From assembly GCA_964469915.1 (NCBI GenBank), contig CAYXZT010000001.1, positions 29,938 through 92,337 on the forward strand: a stretch of DNA of 62,400 nucleotides, in the 5' to 3' direction. The DNA comes from an uncultured Gammaproteobacteria bacterium. GTDB taxonomy: Bacteria; Pseudomonadota; Gammaproteobacteria; Magnimaribacterales; D2472. The notes below the pieces were generated by a model that was not told the DNA's origin, made no database searches, and saw only the letters and a list, made by a program, of their open reading frames with translations. Position numbers and translations under genes: made by a program. Positions within the stretch are counted from its first letter, which is position 1, and the number at the start of each line of letters is the position of its first letter. Positions 28,285 to 37,831 of the stretch are shown in pieces.

Positions 28285-30051
28285 CTACTCTTCCTTGTGA
28301 GTACTTATAATTTTTAGTTCTTCTAGTTGAGAGTTATCAACTTTACTTGGAGCATCAGTTAATAAACAAGTTGCGCTCTGGGTTTTAGGAAATGCAATTA
28401 CATCTCTAATATTTGTAGTATCCGTTATGAGCATAACAATCCTATCAAGACCAAATGCTATCCCTCCATGAGGAGGACATCCTGATGAGAGAGCTTTCAA
28501 TAAGAAGCCAAACTTACTATCAGCTTCTTCTTCTGTAATATTTAATATACTGAATATTGTTTTTTGCATTTCAGTGTCAAAGACTCTTAATGAGCCCCCT
28601 CCAATTTCATATCCATTTAGTACAACATCATATGCATGAGCTAATGCGGTATCTGCTGAATCAGTTAACTCTTTAGTTGAGCACTTTGGAAGAGTAAATG
28701 GGTGGTGAAGTGATGTAAGATTGCCCTCACTATTTCTTTCAAACATTGGGAAGTTTACAACCCAGCATGGGGCCCATTTAGATGAATACATATCTAAATC
28801 GTCACCTATTTTTTTAATTAGGCTACTCATGCTTAAATTTACAACAGAGCTTTTACCTGCCCCAAAGAATAGAAGATCATCATTTTGTAAATCTAATTCT
28901 GATACGATAGATTCTATAGTCTCACTTTTAAGGAACTTAAGAATTGGTGACTGCAAGCCATTTTTGATATCACTTTTATCATTGACTTTTATATACGCCA
29001 GCCCCTTAGCTCCAAGTTTTGAGACAAACTTAGTATATTCATCAATTTTTCCCCTCGATAAAGAATTACCACCTGGTATCTTTAGAGCAACAACCCTAGA
29101 TTTACTATCTTTTGCAGGGTCAGAGAAAACTTTAAATTCTTCATTTTGAACTAACTCAGAAACCTCTACTAACTTTAAAGGTATTCTTAAGTCGGGCTTA
29201 TCACATCCATAATCTCTCATAGAATCATGCCAATCTAATATAGGAAAAGTCTCTAATTCATCACCACAAAACTTATGGACAAGCTCTTTGACCATATTTT
29301 CGCCAATTTCCATAATATATTCTTGATCTACAAAAGAGGCCTCGATATCTATTTGAGTAAATTCAGGTTGGCGATCTGCTCTAAGATCTTCATCTCTAAA
29401 ACATCTGGCAACTTGATAATACTTATCTAAGCCTCCCATCATCAGCAACTGTTTGAATAACTGAGGAGACTGAGGCAATGCAAAGAAATTACCAGATTGA
29501 ACTCTGCTTGGAAGAATAAAATCTCTTGCGCCCTCTGGTGTTGCCTTCGTTAAAATTGGCGTTTCAATTTCATGAAATTCATTAGAATCTAAATAGTTTC
29601 TTATTGTTGAACTTATTTTTGATCTTGTAACAATTCTATGATTCATCTCAGGTCTTCTTAAATCTAACACCCTATTCTTTAAGCGAACATCTTCATTAAC
29701 ATCCTGATAATCATCAAGTGGGAAAACTGGGGTGACTGCCTTACTTAGAATAACTATATTTTCAGCATTAAGCTCTACTTCTCCAGTAGTCATATTTTTA
29801 TTTACTGTTCCTTCAAGCCTTTGTTTAACTGTACCTGATATCTTTACAACAAATTCATTTCTTAAGGTTTCTGCTATCTTGAATGACTTAGAATTATCAG
29901 GGTTTATAACTACCTGACAAATTCCCTTAATATCTCTAACATCTAAAAATATAACACCACCATGATCACGTCTTTTGTGTATCCAGCCACAAATTGTTAT
30001 ATCTTCATCAAGATTCTTGGATGTAATTTCTCCACAATAGTGAGATCTCAT
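28285..30051 (-). CDS. aspS: Aspartate--tRNA ligase
   Basis: The 588-aa bacterial type has an N-terminal OB fold, class II motif 2 [18 protein letters not shown], and GGIAFGLDR in motif 3. Confidence 0.97.
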   Translation of the reverse strand: MRSHYCGEITSKNLDEDITICGWIHKRRDHGGVIFLDVRDIKGICQVVINPDNSKSFKIAETLRNEFVVKISGTVKQRLEGTVNKNMTTGEVELNAENIVILSKAVTPVFPLDDYQDVNEDVRLKNRVLDLRRPEMNHRIVTRSKISSTIRNYLDSNEFHEIETPILTKATPEGARDFILPSRVQSGNFFALPQSPQLFKQLLMMGGLDKYYQVARCFRDEDLRADRQPEFTQIDIEASFVDQEYIMEIGENMVKELVHKFCGDELETFPILDWHDSMRDYGCDKPDLRIPLKLVEVSELVQNEEFKVFSDPAKDSKSRVVALKIPGGNSLSRGKIDEYTKFVSKLGAKGLAYIKVNDKSDIKNGLQSPILKFLKSETIESIVSELDLQNDDLLFFGAGKSSVVNLSMSSLIKKIGDDLDMYSSKWAPCWVVNFPMFERNSEGNLTSLHHPFTLPKCSTKELTDSADTALAHAYDVVLNGYEIGGGSLRVFDTEMQKTIFSILNITEEEADSKFGFLLKALSSGCPPHGGIAFGLDRIVMLITDTTNIRDVIAFPKTQSATCLLTDAPSKVDNSQLEELKIISTHKEE

Positions 30052-30064
30052 AATATTTCCTTAT

Positions 30065-30343
30065 TTATTTAGTAATCTTATCTTGTTTAGGCTCTTTCTT
30101 GGAGTCGGATGTTAAATTTTTTGATGATTTATTATCATTTGATGATAGATTTTTTTTATTTCCAGTTTTGAAATCAGTTTCATACCACCCTCCTCCTTTT
30201 AATCTAAATGATGGAGCAGATACCATTTTCAATAAACTTTCTTTGTTGCATTTTGGGCATAAAGTTTTTGGTTCATCACTGAACTTCTGAATTATCTCAA
30301 TTTCATGCTCACAATCTGAACATTTATAGTCATAAATCGGCAT
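30065..30343 (-). CDS. FmdB-family zinc-ribbon protein
   Basis: MPIYDYKCSDCEHEIE...CPKCNKE (CxxC...CxxC), followed by a low-complexity Lys/Ser tail. Confidence 0.8.
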   Translation of the reverse strand: MPIYDYKCSDCEHEIEIIQKFSDEPKTLCPKCNKESLLKMVSAPSFRLKGGGWYETDFKTGNKKNLSSNDNKSSKNLTSDSKKEPKQDKITK

Positions 30344-30405
30344 AAGTACTTAAAAAAAAGATAAAATTATAAACCATAAGGATTTATATAAAACAAATTA
30401 ATAAA

Positions 30406-31680
30406 ATGTTGTTCTCAAAACTATTACTACCGACACTTAAAGACGCACCAAAAGAAGCTGAGGTTATAAGCCATAAATTAATGCTCAGAGCTGGCATGGT
30501 AAGAAAAGTTGCTTCAGGAATATACACATGGCTTCCATTAGGTCTAAAAGTACTTAGAAAAATTGAAAACATTGTAAGGGAGGAAATGGATGCCTCAGGA
30601 GCACAAGAGGTTCTAATGCCTATGGTTCAACCTAAAGAATTGTGGAATGAAACAAATAGATGGGAAAAAATGGGTCCTGAGCTATTAAGAATTAAAGACA
30701 GACATGAAAGAGACTTCTGTTTAGGTCCAACACATGAGGAAGTTATAACTGATTTAATTAGAAACAATGTAAAAAGCTATAAAGAACTTCCACTAAATAT
30801 ATATCAAATCCAAACAAAATTTAGAGACGAGGTTAGACCAAGGTATGGAGTAATGAGAGGAAGAGAATTTTTAATGAAAGATTCCTATAGTTTTAATATT
30901 GATGAAGCATGCCTTCAGTCTACTTATCTAACTATGCGAAACACCTATAAAAATATTCTTGAAAGAATTGGATTAGATTATAAGATTGTTGCAGCGGACT
31001 CTGGTGCTATTGGAGGAGATACTTCTGAAGAATTCCATGTTCTTGCAGAAACTGGTGAGGATACAATTGCAATTAGTAGTGAATCTGAATTTGCAATCAA
31101 TACTGAGCTTCTTTTAAAAGAAGGAGAGGATATTTCATCATTGGAAGGTAAACCTTCTCCAGATGGAAAAGGCACTATCCAAATTAAAAAAGGGATCGAA
31201 GTTGGTCATATATTTCAATTAGGAAAAGTTTATGCCGAAGATATGAAAGCTAATGTACTAAATAATGAAGGTAAAGCTTCAACTCTTCATATGGGATGCT
31301 ATGGAGTTGGAGTCTCAAGGTTGGTGGCTGCAGCTATTGAGCAAAACAATGATGATAAGGGAATTATATGGCCTCATAGTATTTCACCATTTGATATAAA
31401 TATTATTGCAATTGGTTATGAAAAAGATCAACAGATTGCAGAGGCCTCAATAAAGCTTTATAAGGATCTTCAAGAGATGGGATACGAGGTTCTTCTTGAT
31501 GACCGTAAAGATGGTTATGGGACTAAAATGAAAGATTCAGAACTTATAGGTATACCTCTAAATATTGTAATTGGTAAGCAATATATTGAAACAAATGAGG
31601 TTGAGTTAAAATCAAGGAGTGGAGATTCTTCTTTAAATGACATTTCTAATTTAAAAACAATATTGGATTTTTTTAAGTAG
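30406..31680 (+). CDS. proS: Proline--tRNA ligase, bacterial-type core lacking the INS editing domain
   Basis: Motif 2 [25 protein letters not shown] and motif 3 [17 protein letters not shown] lie only about 135 aa apart. Total length is 424 aa, against about 570 aa for E. coli ProRS. Confidence 0.93.
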   Translation: MLFSKLLLPTLKDAPKEAEVISHKLMLRAGMVRKVASGIYTWLPLGLKVLRKIENIVREEMDASGAQEVLMPMVQPKELWNETNRWEKMGPELLRIKDRHERDFCLGPTHEEVITDLIRNNVKSYKELPLNIYQIQTKFRDEVRPRYGVMRGREFLMKDSYSFNIDEACLQSTYLTMRNTYKNILERIGLDYKIVAADSGAIGGDTSEEFHVLAETGEDTIAISSESEFAINTELLLKEGEDISSLEGKPSPDGKGTIQIKKGIEVGHIFQLGKVYAEDMKANVLNNEGKASTLHMGCYGVGVSRLVAAAIEQNNDDKGIIWPHSISPFDINIIAIGYEKDQQIAEASIKLYKDLQEMGYEVLLDDRKDGYGTKMKDSELIGIPLNIVIGKQYIETNEVELKSRSGDSSLNDISNLKTILDFFK

Positions 31681-31685
31681 TTAAA

Positions 31686-31970
31686 TCAATAGGAATTAAT
31701 ATCTTTGTTTCCACCTTCATTATTTTTAAAATATCTTTGAATAAGATAAGAAATAATAATTGAAATTATTCCCCATAGTACTAGTGCATAGGCCCAATTT
31801 TCAATTATATTTAGTTCGAAATTATTTTGAAATTTATAAATTAATCCAACTATCAATGAGGCCATACCAACTGGTAAAAATATAACAAGGGAGCCAAAAA
31901 AAACTTCTACTATCATTAAGACAATTCCTGAAATTAACCAAATATCAGGATTTTCTAAAAAACTAATCAT
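31686..31970 (-). CDS. Small three-TM membrane protein downstream of the SPFH gene (NfeD-like membrane part, no OB-fold domain)
   Basis: The 94-aa protein is hydrophobic. Its start overlaps the SPFH stop by 8 nt, giving operon-partner geometry like qmcA-ybbJ. Confidence 0.45.
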   Translation of the reverse strand: MISFLENPDIWLISGIVLMIVEVFFGSLVIFLPVGMASLIVGLIYKFQNNFELNIIENWAYALVLWGIISIIISYLIQRYFKNNEGGNKDINSY

Positions 31971-32886
31971 TGTTATTAGGCTTATCAGTTATTGATCCTA
32001 AAAGTAACTCTAGACTTCCAAGAGCTTTCGTTACATCAGATGGAACTACTAATGTTTTTGACTGGCCTGATGAAGCAATTGCAGTTAAACCATCAACTTG
32101 TCTTTTCATAATTTCATAATTTATAGCTGGCTGACCGTCATCTTTTATAGCCTGTCCCACAACTCTAGTTTGTTCTGCATCAGCATCAGCTTTAATTTTG
32201 ACAGCATAAGCATCGGCATCGGCAGATACTTTAACAGCTTCAGCAACCTTGCGAGCCTCGTATAACTGAGCATCAGCATTTAACTCTATACTTCTTTTAT
32301 TACCCTCAGCTGTTGCAATAGTTGCCCTTCTTTCTCTTTCTGCATTTAGCTGTTGTCTTTGTGATTCTTTTGTTTGCTCATCTACAAGAACATCAAGAAT
32401 TTCAGTTCTTGTTACCTCAACACCCCAAATTTCTGCTGCCTTTACAAGTCGATCTTTAATTTCAGAATTCATAGACTCCCTAGATGATTGAAGATCATCA
32501 AGTTCTAGTTGACCAGCAGCAGATCTGATAACAGAAATGGCTGTATTCTCAATTGCAAGATCAATATTTTTAATTCTATAAACTGATTTAGAAGCATCTA
32601 AAACTCTAAAGAATACTGTAGAAACTAGCCCAACTTCAACGTTGTCTTTTGTTATTACAGATATTTGAAATTTAGGTAATTGTCTTTCAAGAATATCAAC
32701 TTTATGAGCAACACTATCAACAAATGGAACAATTATTGATAATCCAGATTCCAGAGTTTTAGTATATTTACCAAAACGTTCAATCACATAAACTTTAGAT
32801 TGGGGAACAACTTTAATTCCAAGATAGAGAACAGTAATTGTTAAAAAGAAAACGAAGAAAAGAAAAATTTGAAATGTTGAAATCAT
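31963..32886 (-). CDS. SPFH/band-7 (stomatin/QmcA-like) membrane protein
   Basis: An N-terminal TM helix, then VVPQSKVYVIERFGKY, an SPFH core and an Ala/Glu-rich coiled-coil tail. Confidence 0.88.
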   Translation of the reverse strand: MISTFQIFLFFVFFLTITVLYLGIKVVPQSKVYVIERFGKYTKTLESGLSIIVPFVDSVAHKVDILERQLPKFQISVITKDNVEVGLVSTVFFRVLDASKSVYRIKNIDLAIENTAISVIRSAAGQLELDDLQSSRESMNSEIKDRLVKAAEIWGVEVTRTEILDVLVDEQTKESQRQQLNAERERRATIATAEGNKRSIELNADAQLYEARKVAEAVKVSADADAYAVKIKADADAEQTRVVGQAIKDDGQPAINYEIMKRQVDGLTAIASSGQSKTLVVPSDVTKALGSLELLLGSITDKPNNND

Positions 32887-32970
32887 AATATTATTAATAT
32901 GTTGTTTATTTAACTATATCAAAGATACGTAATTGTTCAAAAATATAGTACTAAGCATTTGTATATATTT

Positions 32971-34149
32971 TTAAAGTCTTTCTATAATCGTCGCATTTGC
33001 AGTACCACCGCCTTCACATATTGCCTGGAGAGCATATTTACCATCCCTTCTCTCTAGCTCATGTAACATGGTAGTCATCAGTTTAGCTCCTGTTGCGCCT
33101 AATGGATGTCCGAGCGCCATAGCCCCACCATTTACATTAAGTTTAGTCATATCAGCATTTAGTTCTTTTGCCCAGGCTAATGGAACTGGAGCAAATGCTT
33201 CATTTACTTCATAAAGATCCATATCATCAATAGATAGATTTGCTCTTGATAAGACTTTATGAGATGCAGGTATTGGACCAGTAAGCATAAAGACAGGATC
33301 ATCTCCCACAACAGAAAGTGCTGTAATTTTTGCTCTAGGATCTGATTTAATCTTTTTTAAACCCTCATCGTTACAAATCATAATTGCGGCAGCACCATCA
33401 GTAATCTGACTAGCATTTCCTGCAGTAATGACTCCACCCTCTACGACAGTTTTAAGACCAGCAAGTGCGTCTATGGAGGCATCAAACCTAATACCTTCAT
33501 CAGCTAAGACTAAATCAGTATCGTTATGCTCATTTTTACCAGCCAATGGAAGTATCTCTAAATCAAAAAATTTCATTTCAGTGGCATGCTTGGCTTTTTT
33601 ATGGCTTTCAAGTGCAAAGGCATCCAACACTTCTCTTGATAAATTCCATTTATCAGCAACCAATTCCGCACCTGTGAATTGTGAAAAAAATACATCTGGA
33701 TATCTTGCAGCTATTCCATCAGCATTGAAAGGAAATCCGTGACCCGCATCAAAGCCATCTTTTACACTAGCACCAATTGGTACCATTGACATTGCTTCAA
33801 CTCCTCCAGCAATTACAACATCTTGCGTACCAGACATAACCGCCTGAGCTGCAAAATGTATTGCTTGTTGAGATGAACCGCATTGTCTGTCTACGGTTGT
33901 TCCTGGAACTGATTCTGGAAGACTAGATGCTAAAACTGCATTTCTTGCAAGATTTCCTGATTGAGCTCCTACTTGATCTACACAGCCAAAAATAACATCA
34001 TCAATATCTTTAGGGTCAATACCAGTTTGATAAACCAGCTCATCTAATACCTTCGCTCCTAAATCTGCAGGATGCCATCCACTTAATTTTCCATTCTTTT
34101 TTCCACCAGCTGTTCTAACTGCTGATACTATGTATGCATTTTGAGCCAT
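32971..34149 (-). CDS. Acetyl-CoA C-acetyltransferase / 3-ketoacyl-CoA thiolase
   Basis: Active-site Cys DRQCGSSQQA, plus NVNGGAMALGHPLGATGA and CEGGGTANA. Length is 392 aa. Confidence 0.92.
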   Translation of the reverse strand: MAQNAYIVSAVRTAGGKKNGKLSGWHPADLGAKVLDELVYQTGIDPKDIDDVIFGCVDQVGAQSGNLARNAVLASSLPESVPGTTVDRQCGSSQQAIHFAAQAVMSGTQDVVIAGGVEAMSMVPIGASVKDGFDAGHGFPFNADGIAARYPDVFFSQFTGAELVADKWNLSREVLDAFALESHKKAKHATEMKFFDLEILPLAGKNEHNDTDLVLADEGIRFDASIDALAGLKTVVEGGVITAGNASQITDGAAAIMICNDEGLKKIKSDPRAKITALSVVGDDPVFMLTGPIPASHKVLSRANLSIDDMDLYEVNEAFAPVPLAWAKELNADMTKLNVNGGAMALGHPLGATGAKLMTTMLHELERRDGKYALQAICEGGGTANATIIERL

Positions 34150-34184
34150 AAAAAAATCCCTATTAAAAAATAATTAATAGGGAT
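34150..34184 (-). terminator. Rho-independent terminator downstream of recA
   Basis: Minus strand reads ATCCCTATTAA-(7-nt loop)-TTAATAGGGAT followed by TTTTTT. The 11-bp perfect stem pairs 34156..34166 with 34174..34184, and the T tract is 34155..34150. Confidence 0.7.
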
Positions 34185-34202
34185 TAGTGTATCAACAAAA
34201 AA

Positions 34203-35219
34203 CTACTTTGTAGATTTTGCTTTGTTTGCTATATATTCTTTTCGTATTTCTTCAAGCAGATTTTCACGAATTTTTGCATTTTCTTTTAGGAATAATCCTG
34301 CCTTAGCTTTTCCTTGACCAATAGTTTCACCATTTAATTTATAAAACGCTCCAGACTTTTCTATTAAACCTAATTTATTACCATAGTCTAATATTTCGCC
34401 CTCAGAATTTATTCCTTGGCCATACATTATTTGAAATTCAGCTTGCTTGAATGGAGGTGAAACTTTATTTTTAACAACTTTTACTCTTGTTTCGTTGCCC
34501 ATTATTTCATCTCCCTCCTTAACAGCACCAATTCTTCTAATATCTAGTCTTACTGAAGAGTAAAACTTTAAAGCATTACCACCTGTAGTTGTTTCAGGAC
34601 TTCCAAACATTACACCAATCTTCATTCTAATTTGGTTAATGAAAACTACAGTTGCTCCAGATCTTTGAATATTACCTGTTATTTTTCTTAAAGCTTGGGA
34701 CATCAATCTTGCCTGCAAACCAACATGATGATCACCCATTTCACCTTCAATTTCTGCTCTTGGAACCAACGCAGCAACAGAATCAATAATAACTAAATCC
34801 ACACTTTTTGATTTAACAAGCATGTCAGCAACTTCAAGAGCTTGCTCACCTGTATCTGGCTGAGAAAGTAAAAGTTCATCAACATTTACGCCTAGTTTTT
34901 CTGCATATTGAGGATCAAGAGCATGTTCCGCATCTATAAATGCACATGTCCCGCCATCTTTCTGGCACTGAGCAATTATTTGAAGTGTCAATGTTGTCTT
35001 ACCTGATGATTCAGGTCCATATATTTCAGTTACCCTACCTTTAGGAATACCACCAATACCAAGAGCGATATCTAGACCCACTGAGCCTGTAGAAATTGAT
35101 GGGATATCTAACATTTCTCTATCCCCCATTCTCATAACGGTACCTTTACCGAAATGGCTATCTATATCTGCAAGTGTATCTTTTAGTGTTTTATTACTTG
35201 TATCTTTTGATTTTGGCAT
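34203..35219 (-). CDS. recA: Recombinase RecA
   Basis: Walker [14 protein letters not shown], and the protein aligns along its full length with E. coli RecA. An AGGAG SD lies 6 nt upstream of the ATG. Confidence 0.98.
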   Translation of the reverse strand: MPKSKDTSNKTLKDTLADIDSHFGKGTVMRMGDREMLDIPSISTGSVGLDIALGIGGIPKGRVTEIYGPESSGKTTLTLQIIAQCQKDGGTCAFIDAEHALDPQYAEKLGVNVDELLLSQPDTGEQALEVADMLVKSKSVDLVIIDSVAALVPRAEIEGEMGDHHVGLQARLMSQALRKITGNIQRSGATVVFINQIRMKIGVMFGSPETTTGGNALKFYSSVRLDIRRIGAVKEGDEIMGNETRVKVVKNKVSPPFKQAEFQIMYGQGINSEGEILDYGNKLGLIEKSGAFYKLNGETIGQGKAKAGLFLKENAKIRENLLEEIRKEYIANKAKSTK

Positions 35220-35231
35220 CTTAATCTCCTT

Positions 35232-35251
35232 TACTGTATATTTATACAGTA
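35232..35251. promoter_or_regulatory. LexA (SOS) box upstream of recA
   Basis: TACTGTATATTTATACAGTA fits the gammaproteobacterial consensus TACTG(TA)5CAGTA (CTGT-N8-ACAG). It overlaps the candidate -10 TATACT (35253..35248), which pairs with a -35 TTGTAA (35275..35270) across a 16-nt spacer. Confidence 0.8.
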
Positions 35252-35348
35252 TATTACTATTTAAGAAATTTACAACTTTAAAGTTTATTTTTTTTCTTTT
35301 TTATCATAAAGTCACCATTTAATAATACTTTAATTCTAGGAATATTAT

Positions 35349-35672
35349 ATGACTTTTGTTGTGACTGAGGCCTGTATAAAATGCAAGTATACTGACTGTG
35401 TTGAAGTCTGTCCTGTTGATTGTTTTTATGAAGGTCCTGATTTCCTTGTCATTCATCCAGATGAGTGTATTGATTGTGCTTTATGTGAACCAGAATGCCC
35501 TATTGATGCAATCTTGTCTGAAGATGAATTACCTGATGATCAAATTGAATTTATTGAAATTAATGCTCGACTCTCAGAGGTTTATGAAAATATTACAGAA
35601 GCAAAAGAACCGCTTCCTGAAGCTAAGAAGTTTGAGACAGTAAGTAATAAAAGAGATTTACTAAACTTATAA
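35349..35672 (+). CDS. fdxA: 7Fe ferredoxin (3Fe-4S / 4Fe-4S), FdxA type
   Basis: Cluster motifs [18 protein letters not shown] and [12 protein letters not shown] in a 107-aa protein. Confidence 0.9.
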   Translation: MTFVVTEACIKCKYTDCVEVCPVDCFYEGPDFLVIHPDECIDCALCEPECPIDAILSEDELPDDQIEFIEINARLSEVYENITEAKEPLPEAKKFETVSNKRDLLNL

Positions 35673-36410
35673 CAAGCCCCATATTGGTAGAATATTTACT
35701 CCACTTATTAAAATTAAAGCTGTAAAAAATGTCATTACTTCTAGCTTGTATTGATTAATAAGTCTATTAAGAATTTTGGGCATTATTAAAACTGACATCA
35801 AACACCCTACAGAAAAAGGCATCAACACATTTAAATTCATTGATCCGATAGAACTAATAATAATTTCATAAACTCCAAAAGATAACAATATTGCACTTCC
35901 AGATATCCCAGGTAGTAAGAAAAATGAGAAAGCCACAAATCCCATAAACAAAATAAAAACAAGGGAAGGCTCAATTGGTGCTGAGCTGTATTTACCTAAC
36001 AAGAAGCCAAAAACTAAGCCTGATATGAATTGAATATTAAGCTTAATATGCTCGCCAAATTCTTTTTTTATTCTCATTCCTATCAAAGCAGCAACCAAGC
36101 ACATAAGAATACCTATGAAATATAAAAAGTATTCAGTGTATGAAGTTAACAAAAAAAGTATTAAATTTGATGCAAGTACTACACTTAAAACCATTGAAAT
36201 AAAAAAAGGTATTATTAAATCTAGAAAAAATACTTCGTTAAGTTTTTTTGGATTGAATGATAAATTTGATAATTTTAGATTAGCTAAAAATAAAATAAAT
36301 TTGTCGTAAACATTAAATGCTATTGCTACCGTGGATCCTGAAATTCCAGGCAAAAGTTCAGCAAGGCCAACAAAGAAACCAGCAATAATAAATCTTATTC
36401 TTTCACTCAT
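35667..36410 (-). CDS. DUF368 family membrane protein (PopT-like, implicated in undecaprenyl-phosphate recycling)
   Basis: The LLPGISGS motif is duplicated ([11 protein letters not shown] and [12 protein letters not shown]) in a 247-aa polytopic membrane protein. Confidence 0.8.
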   Translation of the reverse strand: MSERIRFIIAGFFVGLAELLPGISGSTVAIAFNVYDKFILFLANLKLSNLSFNPKKLNEVFFLDLIIPFFISMVLSVVLASNLILFLLTSYTEYFLYFIGILMCLVAALIGMRIKKEFGEHIKLNIQFISGLVFGFLLGKYSSAPIEPSLVFILFMGFVAFSFFLLPGISGSAILLSFGVYEIIISSIGSMNLNVLMPFSVGCLMSVLIMPKILNRLINQYKLEVMTFFTALILISGVNILPIWGLL

Positions 36411-37087
36411 GAATCATTTCCATCCATAGATATACCTGGCAACATTGGAACAAATGAAACTTCATCATAAATATCTTCCGTAATTCCATCAACGTGTTTT
36501 GTAATCACATTAAGTTGTTGTGCTTTAGAATTACCAACAGGTATCACAATTTTTGAGTCGTTATTAAGGCATTCTATTAATTCCTGAGGATATTGCCTTG
36601 GAGCAGCTGCACATATAACTCCGTCATACTTTTTATCTTTATCCCAGTCTATAAAACCATCCCCATGCTTAAAAAGAACATTATTAATTTTTAGTTCGCG
36701 AAGATTTTCTCTAGACTTAGCAACTAAAGGTTTTATTCTTTCAACAGCATAAATTTGCTCACAAAAATATGAAAGAACTGCAGTCTGATAACCACAACCT
36801 GATCCTAATTCCAAAACGTTATCAAGTATTTTCCCACGAGATTTGGTGTGAGAAATTAACAACTCTGTCATTCTAGCAACAATAAATGGCTGAGAAATAG
36901 TTTGTTTAAATCCTATGGTTAGAGATCTATTTTCATATGCACGTGATCTTAAAGCTTCATCTAAAAATATATGCCTTGGAATCTGTGACATAGCATCAAG
37001 AACTCTAAAATCTTTAATGCCCATCTCAAGAAGCATTTCAATCATTTCTTCTCTAACCCTTCTAAAGGTAAAACCTGAATTATTCAT
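36407..37087 (-). CDS. pcm: Protein-L-isoaspartate O-methyltransferase
   Basis: SAM-binding motif VLELGSGCGYQTAVL. The surE-pcm synteny holds. Confidence 0.92.
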   Translation of the reverse strand: MNNSGFTFRRVREEMIEMLLEMGIKDFRVLDAMSQIPRHIFLDEALRSRAYENRSLTIGFKQTISQPFIVARMTELLISHTKSRGKILDNVLELGSGCGYQTAVLSYFCEQIYAVERIKPLVAKSRENLRELKINNVLFKHGDGFIDWDKDKKYDGVICAAAPRQYPQELIECLNNDSKIVIPVGNSKAQQLNVITKHVDGITEDIYDEVSFVPMLPGISMDGNDS

Positions 37088-37826
37088 TGAAGTGCTTTTG
37101 GAGATTTTCTCTCAAGTTTGATCTATCTAGACTATAGTCAAGAACAGATATTGAAATAAAACCATCTTTAACGGCCTCAGCATCTGTTAAATGCTCTTCC
37201 TGAACAGGCTCTCCAGACAAGTTATATCTATATTTTTTAGTATTTTTTTTAGATTCAATTTCTATTGGCTTGGATGGTATACCTCTTTGAGCTAAAGCAG
37301 TAATTTTTATTCCTTTGCAATCATCTTCTGAGAGGTCAGGAAAATTTACATTAATGACTATCCCATGATAGTCATTTGGAAGGTTTATAACATCTTCTAT
37401 AATTGAGGCGGTTTTATTAACAATAAAATCAATATTAGATGTGTCATAAGATGCAACAGATAATGCAATAGGTGGATATTTCAATTTTCTACCACCTACG
37501 GCAGCACCAACAGTTCCAGAATATATGACATCATTGCCAATATTTGCGCCATGATTTATACCTGAAACAACCATATCAAATTCAAAATCTACCATACCTA
37601 GTAGTCCAAAATAAGTGCAATCTGCCGGAGTCCCGTCGACTGCATAAATCTTTTCATCAATTTTAGTAATTTCAATTTCCTTTAAAAATGATATTGCTGC
37701 ACTCATTCCACTACAGTTTCCTTTTGGAGCAATCATCCAAACATCATGTTCTTTTGAGAGTCTTTTAAAAAGATGTTGAATATTAGATGCTAGATAACCA
37801 TCGTCATTTGTTAATAATATTTTCAT
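37080..37826 (-). CDS. surE: 5'/3'-nucleotidase SurE
   Basis: N-terminal KILLTNDDGY motif in a 248-aa protein. Confidence 0.93.
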   Translation of the reverse strand: MKILLTNDDGYLASNIQHLFKRLSKEHDVWMIAPKGNCSGMSAAISFLKEIEITKIDEKIYAVDGTPADCTYFGLLGMVDFEFDMVVSGINHGANIGNDVIYSGTVGAAVGGRKLKYPPIALSVASYDTSNIDFIVNKTASIIEDVINLPNDYHGIVINVNFPDLSEDDCKGIKITALAQRGIPSKPIEIESKKNTKKYRYNLSGEPVQEEHLTDAEAVKDGFISISVLDYSLDRSNLRENLQKHFNE

Positions 37827-37831
37827 AGTTT

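Noticed and set aside
28721-29149. A 142-aa plus-strand ORF antisense to aspS. Similar antisense or alternate-frame ORFs occur at 61293..61649 in ftsZ, 33428..33742 in the thiolase gene, 35398..35643 in an alternate frame of fdxA, and 16302..16532 in bamC.
   Set aside because: All are embedded in genes with unambiguous homology. They have no motifs, and the opposite or alternate frame explains the open reading. I treat them as spurious.
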